A DNA stretch of 64,000 nucleotides from the human T2T-CHM13v2.0 reference genome, Homo sapiens: positions 9,632,001-9,696,000 of the forward strand of contig CP068257.2 of NCBI GenBank assembly GCA_009914755.4, written 5' to 3'. A program made the translations under genes and the position numbers. Of the stretch, positions 1-15,110 are shown piece by piece (within the stretch, counting starts at the first letter, position 1; each line of letters begins with the position of its first letter). The notes beneath the pieces are model-generated. The model was not told the origin of the DNA. It was given only the letters and a program-made list of their open reading frames with translations, and ran no database searches.

Positions 1-454
1 TTTTTATTATAAACAATCTTGCTTTAGTAGCTACTGAAGTTTACTTTTGAAATTGTATTTCTTAAATATTTCTGTTAATTATAGAAAATTGATTTTGTAT
101 TCTATTTTATATCCATTAACTTTGCTCATTTAGTAATTCTAATCATCCTAGGCATTCTTCACAATGCATTGTAAGATAATGTATACATTTCATAGGATGA
201 CAATTTTTAGGTACACTTAATGGGATGGGACTATAGATTATTGGGATTTTCTTTAATAATAGTTTAATAATAGTTTAAAATTGGTAAACTATTTTTAAGG
301 GGAAGTTGTTAACAATCACTTTCTACAATATGTGACTCTCTCTTCAAAGAGTAAATCAGAGACAAATCTTTTTTTTCAAATTTCTTTTTTTGAAAATCAA
401 TAATAATGACCCTATTTTTTAGTTTGAATGGATTCTCATTAATTTAAAATGCAA

Positions 455-880
455 ATATTTTGGACTAAATGTTTGTGTCCCTCCCACCCCAAATTTAAAT
501 TTTGAAGCCCTAATCCCCAGTATTATGGTTTTGGAGATGTGGGCCTTTGGAGGTCAAAAGGTTGAGATGAAACCATGAGGATGGAGTCCTCATGATGGAA
601 TTAGTGAATTTATTATAAAAGACACAGAAGAGCACTTTCTTGTACACTTCCTTTGTCTCTGTCTCTCTGTGTGTTTCTCTATCTCTCTTCCCTGTGGGAA
701 CACAACAAAAGGTATCTGTGTGACAAGCATGAAGAATACCCTCAGCAGAAACTGACTATGTGTATGCTGATCGTGTACTTCTTAGCCTCCAAACTATGTG
801 GAAAAAAATTTGTTGTATAAGACACCAAGTTTATTGCATTTTGTTACGGCAGCCTGAGCAGTCTAACAAGAAAGCAATAA
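455..880 (+). mobile_element. MaLR solo LTR (THE1/MST-like)
   Basis: Matches the THE1/MST LTR layout: 'ccccaaat...' 5' region, internal 'gtgggcctttggaggt...atgaggatggagtcctcatgatggaattagtg' block, 3' 'ataagacaccaagtttattgcattttgttacggcagcctgagcagtctaacaag'. Confidence 0.6.
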
Positions 881-2592
881 AAAGTATAAGTAATTAAGAT
901 GAAACTAAATTTATCATCCAAATTCTCACCATAAAGAAATAACCATTTTCAAAATATGTAGAACAAGATTTCACATATTTTCCTAAAGTTTATGGACAGA
1001 GATAATTGATAAAGATTTTATACAAATTGACTATTAAGAAACGATTGTATTTAATTATAACAGAAGATAAAAATAATTTTGTATAGAGAAACTGATTAAC
1101 GTTTATGCATATTTGTTCCTAAAGTACATTCAAAGTTAAGAGAACAGATTATAAAATCATAAGTTAGAGTTCTTATAGTATAGGTTTCTTACAAGAAGGG
1201 AAGAAAGCAAAATAAATTTAACACAACTAAAGCAGATCTTGCAGAATGTGATTTATATATGGACATGAGTCAGCTTCCTAAACTTGAATCTCAGTGTTAT
1301 ATAGATGAACCCACTCAGACAGAAACAACGTTGAACTAGAACAGAACTCCTTTGACAGGCAATGCACATGTTTTTAGGAGAGCAGACTGTAAGCTTTCTC
1401 TGAGCCTCCGAGAGGCAGAAGGTAAGAATGATTCTGGGTTATGCATCCTCAAGTTTTTGTTTAAACTCTCTGAATAAGTACCTCATTCCATTTTGCTGGG
1501 GCAAAGTGAGTGGATGGGGAAAGCAGGCCAAGGGCATTATGTGAATGGGTCACTTCAAAGGGAAAAACATATCTGAAACATGGTAGAAGCACCCCATAAC
1601 TACTTTTTCATGCCTTTGGCCTATTGGACTTAACCATTATAGCAATGATGACTCAAAAACTACACTAAAGCAGTGTTAAGAGGAAAATTGATGGTGCTAA
1701 ATGCATTCATCAGGGGGACAAAAAGTTCTCAAGTTAATGACCTAACGTAGCAACTAGGGGAATTAGAAAAAAAGCAACAGAAAAGACCCAACCCCAAAGC
1801 TAGTAGAAGAAAAAAAAAACTGAAGTCAGAGAACTGAAAAAAAATTGTTATCTAAAAGTCCACACAAAAGATGAAGCCAAGAGTTTTTTTTAATAAACAA
1901 TACTGATAGATCATTAGCTAGATTAGCAAAGAAAAAGAGAAGATCCAAATAAGTATAATCAGAAATTATAAAGATTATGTTAAAATTGATCCCATGAAAA
2001 TACAAAAGATATGCAGAGACTATTATGAGCACCTCTCTGCACACAAATCTAGAGGAAATGAATAAATTCCTGGAAACACACATTCTCCCAAGATTGAATC
2101 AGGAAGAAAGTGAAAACCTGAACGGACCAATAGGAAGTTTGGAAATGGAATTAGTAATAAAAAACCTACGAAAATAAAATAAAATAAAATAAAAGCCCCG
2201 TAACAGATGGATTCACAGCTGAGTTCTATCAGATGTGCAAGGGAGAAATGATACCAATCCTACTAAAATGTCTCCAAAAAATCAAGCAGGAGGGGCTTCT
2301 ACCTAACTCATACTACAAAGCCAGCATTACCCTGTTACCAAATCTGGCATAGACCACGGAAAAAGAAAAGAGAAAACTGCAGATCAATATCTCTGATGAA
2401 AATACAAGCAAAAATTGTCAAACCAAATCCAGCAGCACATCAAAAAGTTCATTCACTATGACCAAGTAGGGTTTATTCCTGGGATATAAAGTTGATTCAA
2501 CATATGCAAATTGATAAATGTGATTCACCACATAAACAGAATCAAAAACAAAAAACACAGGATCATCTCAATAGATACAGAACAAGCCATCA

Positions 2593-2913
<321 letters not shown>

Positions 2914-5879
2914 TCAACATTCCTTTTATGATAAAAACCCTCAACAGATTAGGCATTAAAGGAACATACCTCAAAATAATAAAACTATCTATGACAAACC
3001 CACAGTCGCCGTCAAACTGAACAGCAAAAGCTGGAACCACACCCCTGGAGAACTGAGACACAACACGGATGCCCACTTTTACCACTTCTATTCAGCATAG
3101 CACTGAAAGTCCTAGTGAGAGCAAACAGGCAAGAGAAAGAAACAAAAGCCATCCAAATAGGAAAAGAAATTAAACAATCTCTCTTTGCCAATGTTGTGAT
3201 TCTACACATAGAAAATCCTAAAGTCTCCATCAGAAGGCTCTTTGAACTGACAAGTGAATTCAGTAAAGTTTCAAGAAATAAAAACATTGTAGGAAAATAA
3301 GTAGCATTTTTACGAACCAAAATCATTGCAGCTAATAACCAAATCAAGAACACAATCCAATTTACAATAGCCACAAAGAAAATGAAATACCTAGGAATTC
3401 ATCCAACCAAGGGGGTCAAAGACCACTACAAGGAGAAGTACAAGACACTGTTGAAAGAAATCAGAGATGACACATAAATGGAAAAATATCCATGCGCATG
3501 GATTGGAAGAATCAATATTGTTAAAATGGATATACTGCCTAAAGCAATTTACAGATTCAATGCTATTCCTATCAAAATACCAATGTCATTTTTTAAATAA
3601 TTAGAATGAAACCTATTATAAAATTCATCTGGAACCACAAAAGAGCTTGAATAGCCAAAGCAATCCTAAGCAAAAAGAAAAGCCAGAGGTATCGCATTGC
3701 CAGACTTCAAACTGTACTATAAGGCTACAGTGATCAAAACAGCATGGTACTGATACAAAAACAGACACACAGGCCAGTGGAAGAGAATACAGCACCCAGA
3801 ACTAAATTTGCCCACCTACAACTATGTGACCTTTGAAGAAGCTGACAAACACAAGCAATGGAAAAAAAATCCCTATTCAAAAAATTGTGCTGTGGTAATT
3901 GGCTAACCATATACAGAAGATTGAAATTGGACCCGTGCCTCTCAACATAGATGAAAATTAACTCAAGATAGATTAAAGATTTATGAGTAAGACCTAAAAC
4001 TCTAATAATACTGGAAGAAAATCTAAGAAGTACCCTTTTTGATATAGGCTTTGGCAAATGGATGACTGAGTTCCCAAAAGCACTTGCAACAAAAACAAAA
4101 ATTGACAGGTGGGATCTAATTAAACTAAAGAGCTTCTGCCTACCAAAGGAAACTATCAACAGAGTAAACAGACAACTTAAAGAATGGGAGAAAATATTTG
4201 CAAACTATGCTTCTGATAAAGGTCTAATATCCAGCATCTGTAAGGAATTTAAACAAATCTACAAGCAAAAAACCCAAAAAATCCACCTAAAAAATGGGCA
4301 AAGGACATGAACAGATATTTATCAAAAGGTGACGTAACAAGCAGACAAGAAACATTAAAAATTGCTGAACTTCACTAATCATCACATAAATTCAAATGCA
4401 AAAACCACAATGAAATACCGTCTCACACCAGTCAGAATGGCAATTATTAAAACTTACAAAAAACAACAGATGTTGAGAAGTCTGTGGAGAAATGGGAAGG
4501 CTTATACATTGTAGGTGGGAATGCAAACTAGTTCAGCCACTGTGGAGAGAAGTTTGGAGATTCTTCAAACAACTTAAAATAGAACTACCATTTGACCCAG
4601 CAATCCCACTATTGAGTATATATACCCAAGGGAAAATAAATTATTTTATCTAAGAGACACATGCACCCGTATGTTCATTGCAGCACTATTCACAATACCA
4701 AAGCAATAGAATTAACCTAGGTGTCCATCAATAGAGAATTGGGTAAAGAAAATATGGTATGTATACATCACAAAAAACAATGCAGCCATAAAAATGAACA
4801 AAGTCATGTTCTTTGTGGCAACATGAATGGAGCTGGAGACCATTATCCTAAGTGACCTCATAGAAGAACAGAAAGCCACATACCACATCTTCTCACTTAT
4901 AGATGGTAGCTAAACATTGAATACACATGTTAAGATGGGAACAATAGACATTGGGGACCACTAGATTGGGGAGGAAAGGTAGGGGTTGTGGGCTGAAGAA
5001 CTACCTGTTGGGTACTGTGTTTACTGCCTGGGTGGTAGGATCACTGGGACTCCAAGCCTCAGCATCACACAATTACTCATGTAACAGTCTTTCATTAACC
5101 TATAATAAAAGTTGAAATTAATTAAAAAAAACAAAACAACTACACTGTTTCATTGCTCTAGATTTCTTTTTGTCTCCATTTAATTATGGAGAGACTTGCA
5201 GAGACAGAAATGACTGTCACATGTTCTTATACACATAAAGCCCTAGAAACAGGAGCCACAGCACATCATGCACTGGGGCCATATGGGGAAGTACCAGAGT
5301 CAGTGAAGGCAAAAGGAGCAAAACTAAAGCATGAGCCAGAGCCTTTAATATGGTTTTCCTTGGAAGGAATGAGTGAGACAGTGTAAGCAGCTGAGCAGGT
5401 TTAAGACTGGGTAGTGTGAGTACTTTTTGTGTAATTTAGTCCCTAGTGTTCCAGCACCTGATTCTGGGGTGACGAAAGCAGAGGGATAATGTCCCAGACC
5501 ACAGGAGCCATATAATAAGAGTCAAGTGAGGGTGTGGATTCTGGATTGGTTGGTTTGCATATAAATAACATGCTCATAGGCAAGTTGTTTAGTATTTCTA
5601 GAAATTAGCTAACCCTAGGAGGAGCACTCTGTCTTGAAACCTATATGGTCTCAAGATGTCAAAGCAAAACAAAAACAATAACCATGATTAATACAGCAAG
5701 ACGGAATAAGCTATATATTGCCTTAAGGAAGAAGTTACTTGGCTCTCTATGGCTGATCGTCATAACCTGTAAGATTTCTTCTCTTGACTTGAGTTGGACA
5801 ACTGGGGTTTTATTTCTGAAGCATTTTATAGGAACTACTCATTGTTCTTGTTTTTGTCATATTAGTCATGATGCTGGCC

Positions 5880-6530
5880 AATTGCATTCAACTCAGTCTT
5901 AACTTCCTTTTTATAGCAGCCCTCTCACCAGAAGATTGCCCTTACTACAAAACTGCAAAAAGTTCAAGAACATCTCATAATATGGTTGACAATAGAGACA
6001 ATTAAACAGTCTCTAAGTTGTGAAGATCTGAATCTCTAAACTTCCCTGAATTGGCTTGGCCAATGCCTCAAGCTAGTTAATGACAAAATGGGAGGAGGGG
6101 TAGCCAGACCATATATAAGAATAGAGCTCTGACCCACATCTTTGTAGCAACCAGCCTGGGAAGCCAAACCACAGCCTCTGCATCAACCAGCCCCAAATGA
6201 ATAGGATTTAGTTAATGATTGCCAGGTTCCCTATTTTTGCCTCAGCTGCCAACTCAGGACCCATCAGAGAAAGTCAAGTATGCTTTCTGACTGATCACAT
6301 AAGATGCTCCATTTCCCCTTATTTATTTAGTCCATCTTCAGCTTCCCCATACAACCTTAAAGCAGAGCATATCCAAAAGCTTTCCTTTTCCAAGTACAAA
6401 ACTTTCCTATTCCTCAGCCTTTCTTTGAGTCACTGCAAAACATATATGATGACAGCTGACTTTCTTGTTATAAAAAGTCTGAATAAATATAGATTCTCTC
6501 TGTTATTATTAGGTGTTATTTATTTCCACA
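5880..6530 (+). mobile_element. putative solo LTR (unclassified ERV-like promoter architecture)
   Basis: CCAAT ('cttggccaatgcc' ~6057), TATA ('catatataagaat' ~6110), downstream AATAAA ('ctgaataaatat' ~6483). No family match possible by eye. Confidence 0.25.
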
Positions 6531-6844
6531 ACCTACAAAAAATCTTCAGGCAGGGTACTATTTAAAGGTGCAATATTGAAAAATTCCACATAAAATCAGG
6601 AAAAAAGAAAGAATGTTCATCTCACTGCTATTCTTCTACACATTACTGTAAGCACTAACCATTATAAAAAGAAGAAAAATAAAGGGCATAATGATTGAAT
6701 AGGAAAAACAAAATTGTCTTTACTTGAAAATGAGATGATTATGGGAAAAAACTAAGGAATACATTTCAAAAGCTACTAGAAATAAATAATATATATATAT
6801 GAAATTTATAGCAAACAAGGTTAATATATAAAAGTGCATGTTGA

Positions 6845-7060
6845 GTGTTCCTTATCCAGATATCTGAAATCTGAAATGCTCTAAAAGCTGAAACTTTTTG
6901 AGAGCTGACGTGATGCTCAAGGAAATGTTCACTTAAGCATTACAGATTTTGGATTTCTGGATTAGCACTACTGAATTTGTAAGTATAATGTAAATATTCT
7001 GAAATCTGAAAATAATTTGAAATCTGAAATACCTCTGGTCCCAAGCATTTTTTAACTCAC
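6845..7060. mobile_element. palindromic MITE-like dispersed repeat (non-autonomous DNA-transposon-like)
   Basis: Internal inverted symmetry: 'tctgaaatctgaaatgct' ... 'agcattacagattttggatttctgga' ... 'tctgaaatctgaaaataatttgaaatctgaaatacctctggtcccaagcatttt'. Resembles a known human dispersed palindromic repeat; family not assigned. Confidence 0.4.
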
Positions 7061-7312
7061 TATATGTGCTCATTTTTTTTAACAAATACCTATTAAGCAG
7101 ACACTATGAAGAAAAACTGTGCAAACATTGGAAATACATAAGTAAGCAAGGCAGAAGGGCCTCTTGTATTAAAAATAAATGAAGGAGGACACTAGTTAAA
7201 GTGGTAAGGAGAGATTTTAATCATTTAATAATAATGATTGCAACATGGAACATGGAAAAGAGTGCAGCATGAGTTGAATTCAACTTCAATTTGTATATTG
7301 GCAACTGATTGT

Positions 7313-7605
7313 TTTATTTTATTTTAGATTCTAGGGGTACATCTGAACGTTTGTCACATGGGTATACTGTGTGATGCTGAATATTGAACTTCTAATGATC
7401 TCATCGCCCATGTAGTGAACATAAGACCCAATAGACAGTTTTTCAACAGTTGGCCAGCTCCCTCTCTCTTCTCTTTTGGAATCTCCAGTGTTTATGGTTC
7501 CCATCTTTGTGTTTTTGGGTACCAAATGTTTACCTCCTACTTATAAGTGAAAACGTGGTATTTAGTTTGCTGTTTTTGCGTTAATTCGACAAGCATTTTG
7601 GATAA
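7313..7605 (-). mobile_element. L1 3'-end fragment (antisense)
   Basis: Antisense L1 3'UTR/ORF2-end signature 'ggggtacat...gtttgt.acatgggtatact...cccatgtagtgaacataagacccaatagacagtttttcaacag...cttataagtgaaaacgtggtatttagtttgctgttt', preceded by T-rich tail complement 7313-7327. Confidence 0.8.
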
Positions 7606-8199
7606 GCAGTTCTTAACCGGTAAAATGTGTTGTTGCATACTAATAATGAATCATTAAAACATGATAATAAATTCTATTCACAATAGAATAATCACAAGCA
7701 TATAATTCTTAGGAATAAAGGCAACAAAATATGCGTAGGACTTTTATCTAGAAGCTAAAAATATTATTGAGAAATTTTAAGAAAAAATAGAAAATGTAGA
7801 TCTATACATGTTCTTATTGATATGTTATTTATATTAAGATATCCATCCACCTTATATTGATCTACAAATGTGTTTCAACTCTGATGAAAATCACATCAGA
7901 TTTTACTGCAAAATAAAAATAAACAATGTGATGTCAAGATGTATATATATATGCAGAAATACAAAGGAACATAGGTAATTTAACCAATCTTGGAAAAGAA
8001 TATAATCAAAGAAGTAACATTAAATTATGTTAAGATTTTTAAAGCTGCATGTTAAAAAATGGAGCATCCATAAATATGTTCATGTTTAACGTAGATGATG
8101 AACTGATTTTCTATGAAGACAAAGGACAATAGAAAACACATATTTTTACAACAAATCTGAAACAACTAGATAAATTTATGAAAATCAAATTAATTTTTT

Positions 8200-8340
8200 T
8201 ATTTCTAACTTTTTCTGTTGCCCAGGCTGGAGTGGTGCAATCATAGCTCACTGCAGCGTGGAACTCCTGGGCTCAAGAAATCCTCCTTCTTCAGTCTCCT
8301 AATGCACTGGGGTTACAAATGTGAGTCATCATGCTTAGCC
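8200..8340 (-). mobile_element. Alu right-monomer fragment (old, AluJ/FRAM-like)
   Basis: 'ttgcccaggctggagtggtgcaatcatagctcactgcagc...cctgggctcaagaaatcctcc...ggttacaaatgtgagtcatcatgcttagcc' is the antisense of Alu positions ~150-290. Confidence 0.75.
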
Positions 8341-11300
8341 TAACGTCAATGTTTATCCCATATCATTTACAAATTTGTGATGAATCCAATTTGAGATGCT
8401 CATAAACATAAATATGAAACATAAATATAAAAACTAATACTATAAATCATATAAGAGAACAATCTTGCATCTCAGGGAGGCAAAATATTACATCTTTAGG
8501 GAGGCAAAAATATTTCAGACAAAACAAACAGAAAATGTAGCCGTAAAGGAAAAAATTATATAAATAGGGCTTCCTCAAAATAAGATTTTCTACTCATCAA
8601 GAGAAAGCATTGAAAAAAATTAAAAGGCAGGACACAGAATCAGAGGAATTATTTTTAATACATACAAATGACTTAGAAGATCTTAATAAGTAATACTATT
8701 CAGTAATAAAACGTCTAACAGCCTCTCCCCAAATAGGCATGGGTCTTGAATATCTTACAAAGGAAGATATGCAATGTCACATGAACAGGCACTGGACATC
8801 ATTATTCATTAGGAATATGCAAATATACATGACAATGACAGCCATTGCACATTCACTAGAAATTATTTAAAGAAATTTTAAAATACTGACAATACCAAAA
8901 ATTATAGATATGTAGCAACTGGAAGTCGTTTTGTTTCTTAAGAGTGTAAAATGGGGCAAACACTCCAGAGAACAGTTAATTATTTTCTTATAAAGTTTAA
9001 AATATATTTTTCTTTGACCCAGTAAGTTTTTTCTCTGTTATGTACACAAAAGAAATAATAACTGATGCCACGATAAAGATTTATTCAAAACTTATTAGAA
9101 CAGTTTTATTCTTAAAACTAAACCTTGAAACAACCCAAACAACCTTCAATAAAGGAATGGATACACGAATTGTATATATTCATACAGTGGACACTACAGT
9201 ACTCAGAATTAACAACAACAACAACAAATCAGATATTGATGTGTAACAAAATGTCTGGGCCTCTATAAAATATTATATTGAATAAAATAAAAAAGTTGAA
9301 TATCTATTCTTATTATGTTGAACAAATTTAAAAAAAATTACATGGCATAAAGTTCCATTTATATGACATTCCAATAGAGGCAAAACTAATCCATGGTTAT
9401 GAAAATAAGAATGGATTAAAGATTTGATGTGTGAATGAGATTTAAGTGGAAAGGCACGAAGGAATTTTTGAGGTGAGGAAAATGCCTGTAGCTTGAATCA
9501 GTATTGATTATATGGGTCTTTGTATTTGTCCAAAGTTATTGAATTGTAAACTTTAGATCTGTGCATTTCACAGTTTAAAAAAATTTACCTCACCAGTGAA
9601 ACTCTGTCTACCTAAAGTCTGCAGAAAGCATAACTCAAGAATTTAACATAAGGTCCCCTAATCACATGAAGGTAAGAAACAGCCATCTTTTAAACATTTA
9701 AAAAGTCAGGGGAATAAAAATCCAGGAGTTTTTTTTTTTTTTTGAATAACTATTAAACTTATGCCAGTGAAAGAAAATAAAATTAATTTTCACAAAAGTT
9801 GATATACATGACTGAGGATTAAATCTATATTGATATTGTTGAGATTAAAATACAATGCAATTTTAATAAACATTTAAAACATGGACATGGTGTCCCTAAC
9901 AATTTGTTGATAGGGGAGAGGATAATATAAAAATTAATTTTATGAATCCCACATAAGTACTTGTTAAAAACATATGCCTCTGTTCTTTTTATTTAGGAAT
10001 CACTCACAGAAAGCACACATTCTTTGTTTCTGCACTAACTCTGGAATTCAATATTAGAAGGCTCAACTGCCATGAATATAAATCAAGTTCATCTGCATCC
10101 CCTATATCAGACTAAATGTGTTTGTTTCTCAGTATTCTGCTATATTCCTTGTATTAATTTTAATAGAATCAAAACTGAGATATGGAAGAGGATGTTATAT
10201 ATTGAACACCTTTTCTTCCACCTAGCATACCCAATATTTGCCGCATGGGCCAGAAATATAAGAATTAGAAATGCGTCTTTATTTGGGGTCCTTACTTCAC
10301 TCACAATTCTAGATAGTCTTTTAGTTATGACAAAGTCTAAGAATTTTATTTTTAAATAAATTATTATCATATTTTTCTGTTACCATTTTTTGGTTGGTTT
10401 TCCATGCAGTTTGTGCCTACTTCCAGGAGGAAGACACCTACACACATTTACTCTTCTCTACTTTCTTTACAAATTTGAATATGAAAAAGAGAGCCAGGAA
10501 TTGCCAAAAGCTGGTTACTCCAAGACCCTAGGCATTCTGTCAAAATCTAACTTGGATGATCATGTAAAATACTCATCATTTTATTAATATCAGTATGTTC
10601 ATTCAAATGGTAACAAGATTTTCACTTGATTTCTAAATCACTGATCTTAAGTGAAAAATATCAAAATAGAGGACTTCACAAATATTATTGTTTAGAACAT
10701 CCTCACTTTAAACAATCAAAAGTTATTTTTAATGTTGAATCAATCATACTCTGACCTTCTCCATAGGAAAGGAAAATGTAAATATCCCAGACAGCAGAGA
10801 GCAAACTGTCATAAAAATAAAACTGTACTTTCAAATAGCTGTAGTCCACAGCACAGCTCTAACCCAAATTGTCATTTCAGCTGCTTCACATTATTAGAAA
10901 ATACTTACCTTCTAGCTTTGAACATGAAAGAAAAGTACTCTTAGTCTATCAGCTTCCCTAACTAGGAGATTCATGTATTTGTTGGGGTCATATAAAGAAA
11001 CTGATAGTGCAATTTAATAAGGATAATGCAGAGAGGGTTTGGAGATTCTTTGCAAAGCTGTTGAAGGGATGAGAAAGAACACAAGAGACTGCAGTAACCT
11101 TTGGTTAGAGTGATTTTTATCACCCCTAGTTTGAAAGGGCCAGTGGCAAAGCAAGTTTACTAACTTTAGGATAAAGTAGACTCATCAGGAAAAGAGCAAC
11201 CACCTAAGCTTAAGGGACAAAGCCAATCACCCGTGGGAAGCCAGTGTTAAAAATACTTGATCTTGCTCTCTGCTTTCCTGAGAATACAAATCATTCACTT

Positions 11301-14279
11301 TAACTCATTGAATTCACTCAGCAGTCAGAAGAAAAGGAAGCCTCTTGTTGGAATTCATACTAAGAAGATCAGAAAGTGTAGTGGAAAAGAGAGGACTAGA
11401 ACTGCAGGTGCAAGTAGAAGTCGGTGTCCAAAAAGAAGTGTATTTGTATTGTTCATTTGACCTCATTTATTTTAGTATGCAAGCGTGTGCTTAAAAATAT
11501 TTCAGCCTTCTTTTTACTATATATGCAACTCATCATCATTTATTGAGAGATTATATATCCATCATTACTTCAATGATCTCATTTTTAGCTTTCCTCTTCT
11601 TTATTAATGGATGCAGTAACTTCTGGCATTCCCCTGAGAATATTAATTCTACTTATTTGGAAGTACTCTTTTTATTGCTCTCTGCTGTCTTTCTTTTGTA
11701 TTTTATACATCTTTCATTTGCTTTATGTTATTTTAAATCTTACCCTATGCACTTACAATGATGGCACTTCTCTGAATGACTGTTGATTTTCTTCCTTTCT
11801 TTCTTTTTTTCATGTTGTCTACATTTTTTTTTCAAGGTGAGTTTCTGCTAGACTGTTATTACTGAGCAATCCTTTGGTGGAGAAGGAGGTTCATGCTGCT
11901 ACAGGCCACAATTTGCCTCATTTGCAGTCAGATCAGGCTTTTTGTCAGAGAGAGGACATGCCCATTAGGCAATATGTATTCAGATATTTCCAACTGATCG
12001 CTGCCTTTTCTTTCTGATTCAAATTCCCATTCTCAATATATTTACCTAATGTATGCCTCCCTTTTGCCTTTTTAAGCAAGACTAAAAAATCAATACCCTT
12101 GAAAAAAATTGATTAATTTGGCTAACTTAAATTTAAAGTCTTCACTTCTAGCAAAATAGTTTTACTACATGTTTTTTACTATGAGAAAATATGTAAACTA
12201 TGTATACCAAAGCAAATCTATAAATAATTTAGAAAAATAAAAATATTTCGATAGAAAAGTGGGAAAATGTAAAAATAGGTACTTACTGGAAGAATCAAGA
12301 GATTAGTTCTAAAGACCTTAATTATTTGTTTAAACTAATTTAATTAAAATTTTAAAAATAATTAAATTTTTCAATAATCAAGTAAAACAAATTAAACTTA
12401 AACAATAGAACCTTTTATTTTGAGATGCAAAAGCATGAATCAAAGACATCTGTAAAGCTTAAATGTATTCAGATTGTAAAGCTAACCCATGTAAACCAAA
12501 CTAGGCCAGGAATTAGACTATATTAGTGCCCCAGACTCCCCCAAGTGTCCCTTCCTAAAAGAAGCTCCTCTCACCCTAAGTTTTATGTATAATTTTTTTG
12601 CTGTGCTTCAAAAAGGTATAGCATGTATGCATCTCTGAACAACATACCTTAGTTTTTTTTGGCCTGCTTTGATAATTACTATGAAATCCTCTTTCTGTAT
12701 TATTTTGTGCCACACTCCTTTTGTTCAACATATGTTTATGAGTGACAGCCCTGTTGTTGCAAGCGGTTGTAATTTATTTATTTTCACTGCTCTATAATAT
12801 TTGATTGTTTATATAGATGAGAATTTTCTATTTTATTCCTTATATACATTTGTGTTATTTTAAAGTTTGGGTGCTTAGGAGCAAAGTCAATATGAAAATA
12901 CTTGGACATATGCTCTCAGAATTATATGCATAAGTTTATCTACAACATATAACTATCCAAGGAATTTTAGGAGCAAACATATGTGGATACTTATTTAATC
13001 ACAGACTAACTTTTTTTCAAATCAGTTGTATCAATTTATACTTCTTCCTGTGGTACCTAAGATTTCATAAAATTATACTTTCAATCCATGGGTTTAGCAA
13101 AATAATTCAAAGTTTAATAATATCAAATTGACATCTATAATTTAAGACCACTTTAGATGAAAATTTTTGATATCTATTAAATTTTACAATGTGAATAACT
13201 TATAAGCACAATTTTCCTTAACTCATCATCTGTCTTACGAAATACTAACATATGTGCAATAAAATGCAATAGGATGTCAATTACAGCTTTTTAAAAATAG
13301 TCAAAAGCCCATTAAATAGATTAAATGTCCACCAATAGAGAAATGGCTAAGTAAATATGACATATCTAAGAGTTAAAGAAATGATAAAGATTAACATGTG
13401 TTGAATCACTAAGATTTCCAATACATATTAAATTGAAAAATAAAAACACATTATTGTGGTTAAAAATACACAAAGTATTAGATTATCAAATCAGACTCAC
13501 ATGCATCGGAGATCTTATGCAAACTTAACTAATAATTTTATGGATAAAAATTATTGTGAGGTACAGGTGGAGCAAGGTAAGGTCAGATAGCACTGTGAGA
13601 ATCCCTGGGTCCTTTCCTCCCACATCAGATATGCTTTGAACAAGGATAATAGATGATGATTCTGAGTAAGATGTGCGGTCATCTCACTTACACAGAGGAG
13701 ATATTTAGATCACAAAATATCTCATTTTGTCTTTAGATGGTCCAGGAAACTATGCCCCATGAGTCAAAGAGATTTAGGTTTTATTATAAACAACCCTAGA
13801 AAAGAAATCACAGCACATACATTCTTCTAAAAGCATTCTGTAGGTAAGATATTCCTCCCTGGAAACTTCTTAGTTTGTTTGCCAAGAGGTTAGCCAGTTA
13901 TATGGTTACCAAAAAACCTGCCTTCTTTGTCTCCAGCATGTTTCTTATTAAAGAGAATGAATGAATTGCAGAACTATTGTTTGCAGATTTACTTTTAAAT
14001 GGTTTATCAGTAAAATATGTGAGAATACATTTTTAAAATGAACTTATGTGATTGCTTTGGAAAATGTCTGGAAATACGCAAACCACACTGATAATAATGG
14101 CCTTCTGGGGGTGAACCAACACACAATAGATTTACTGGTAATCGTTTGATTTTTTCAAAAGTACTACATTCCTGTATAATTTGCATGATTAAAATGTATT
14201 TAATATAATTTCCACCCGTGATAATTTTCTTGTGTATAAATAGGACATTGCTCTTGCTATTAGCAGCTATATACTGTAA

Positions 14280-14788
14280 TATTTCTAGTTGAACCACAGG
14301 GTTTAGCAGACTTCAGCCCATATACTGAACCTGTCCTATTGCCTGTTTTTGTACAACCTGCAGCTAAGAATGTTTTTATATTTTTTGAATAATACAAAAA
14401 TATCAACAGAAGAATAATAGTCCGTAACACAAAATTAACAAAATTTAACATTTGTGTCTATGAATAAAGTTGATAATATTGTAGCCACAGCCATTTGTCT
14501 GCATATTGTCTACTTTCTTGTTACAACAGGGTTTAGCAGTTGTGGCAGAGACTTCTACAATGTTCCCAAAGCCTAAAATATTTACTGTCTTACCCTTTAT
14601 AGAAATAAATACTTTGCTGACACTGTGACTCATAATAATGTTTGCAACTACTTTTTGAATAAGCTCAGAAGTTTACAGACACACACTCCTAAAATATTTG
14701 TTATATTGCTCTTTATGGAAATAATTTGCTTATCCCTGTGAATTATAGTGATGTATACAACTGATTTTTGAATAAGTTAAAAAATTTA

Positions 14789-14790
<2 letters not shown>
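14280..14790. repeat. degenerate tandem array (~100-120 bp period, 3-4 copies)
   Basis: Units 14571-14687 and 14688-14790 align at ~75-80% ('cctaaaatattt..tttat.gaaataa...tgtga.t.ataataatg...tttttgaataag'). Earlier copies at 14281-14400 and 14505-14570 share 'cagggtttagcag' and the 'tttttgaataa' end. Confidence 0.6.

Positions 14791-15110
<320 letters not shown>

Noticed and set aside
11826-11834. Perfect 5' splice-donor consensus AAG|GTGAGT (another splice-like site 'tttctttgccatttcag|AG' at ~45352-45370)
   Set aside because: Isolated consensus motifs without adjacent coding potential; expected a few times per 64 kb by chance.
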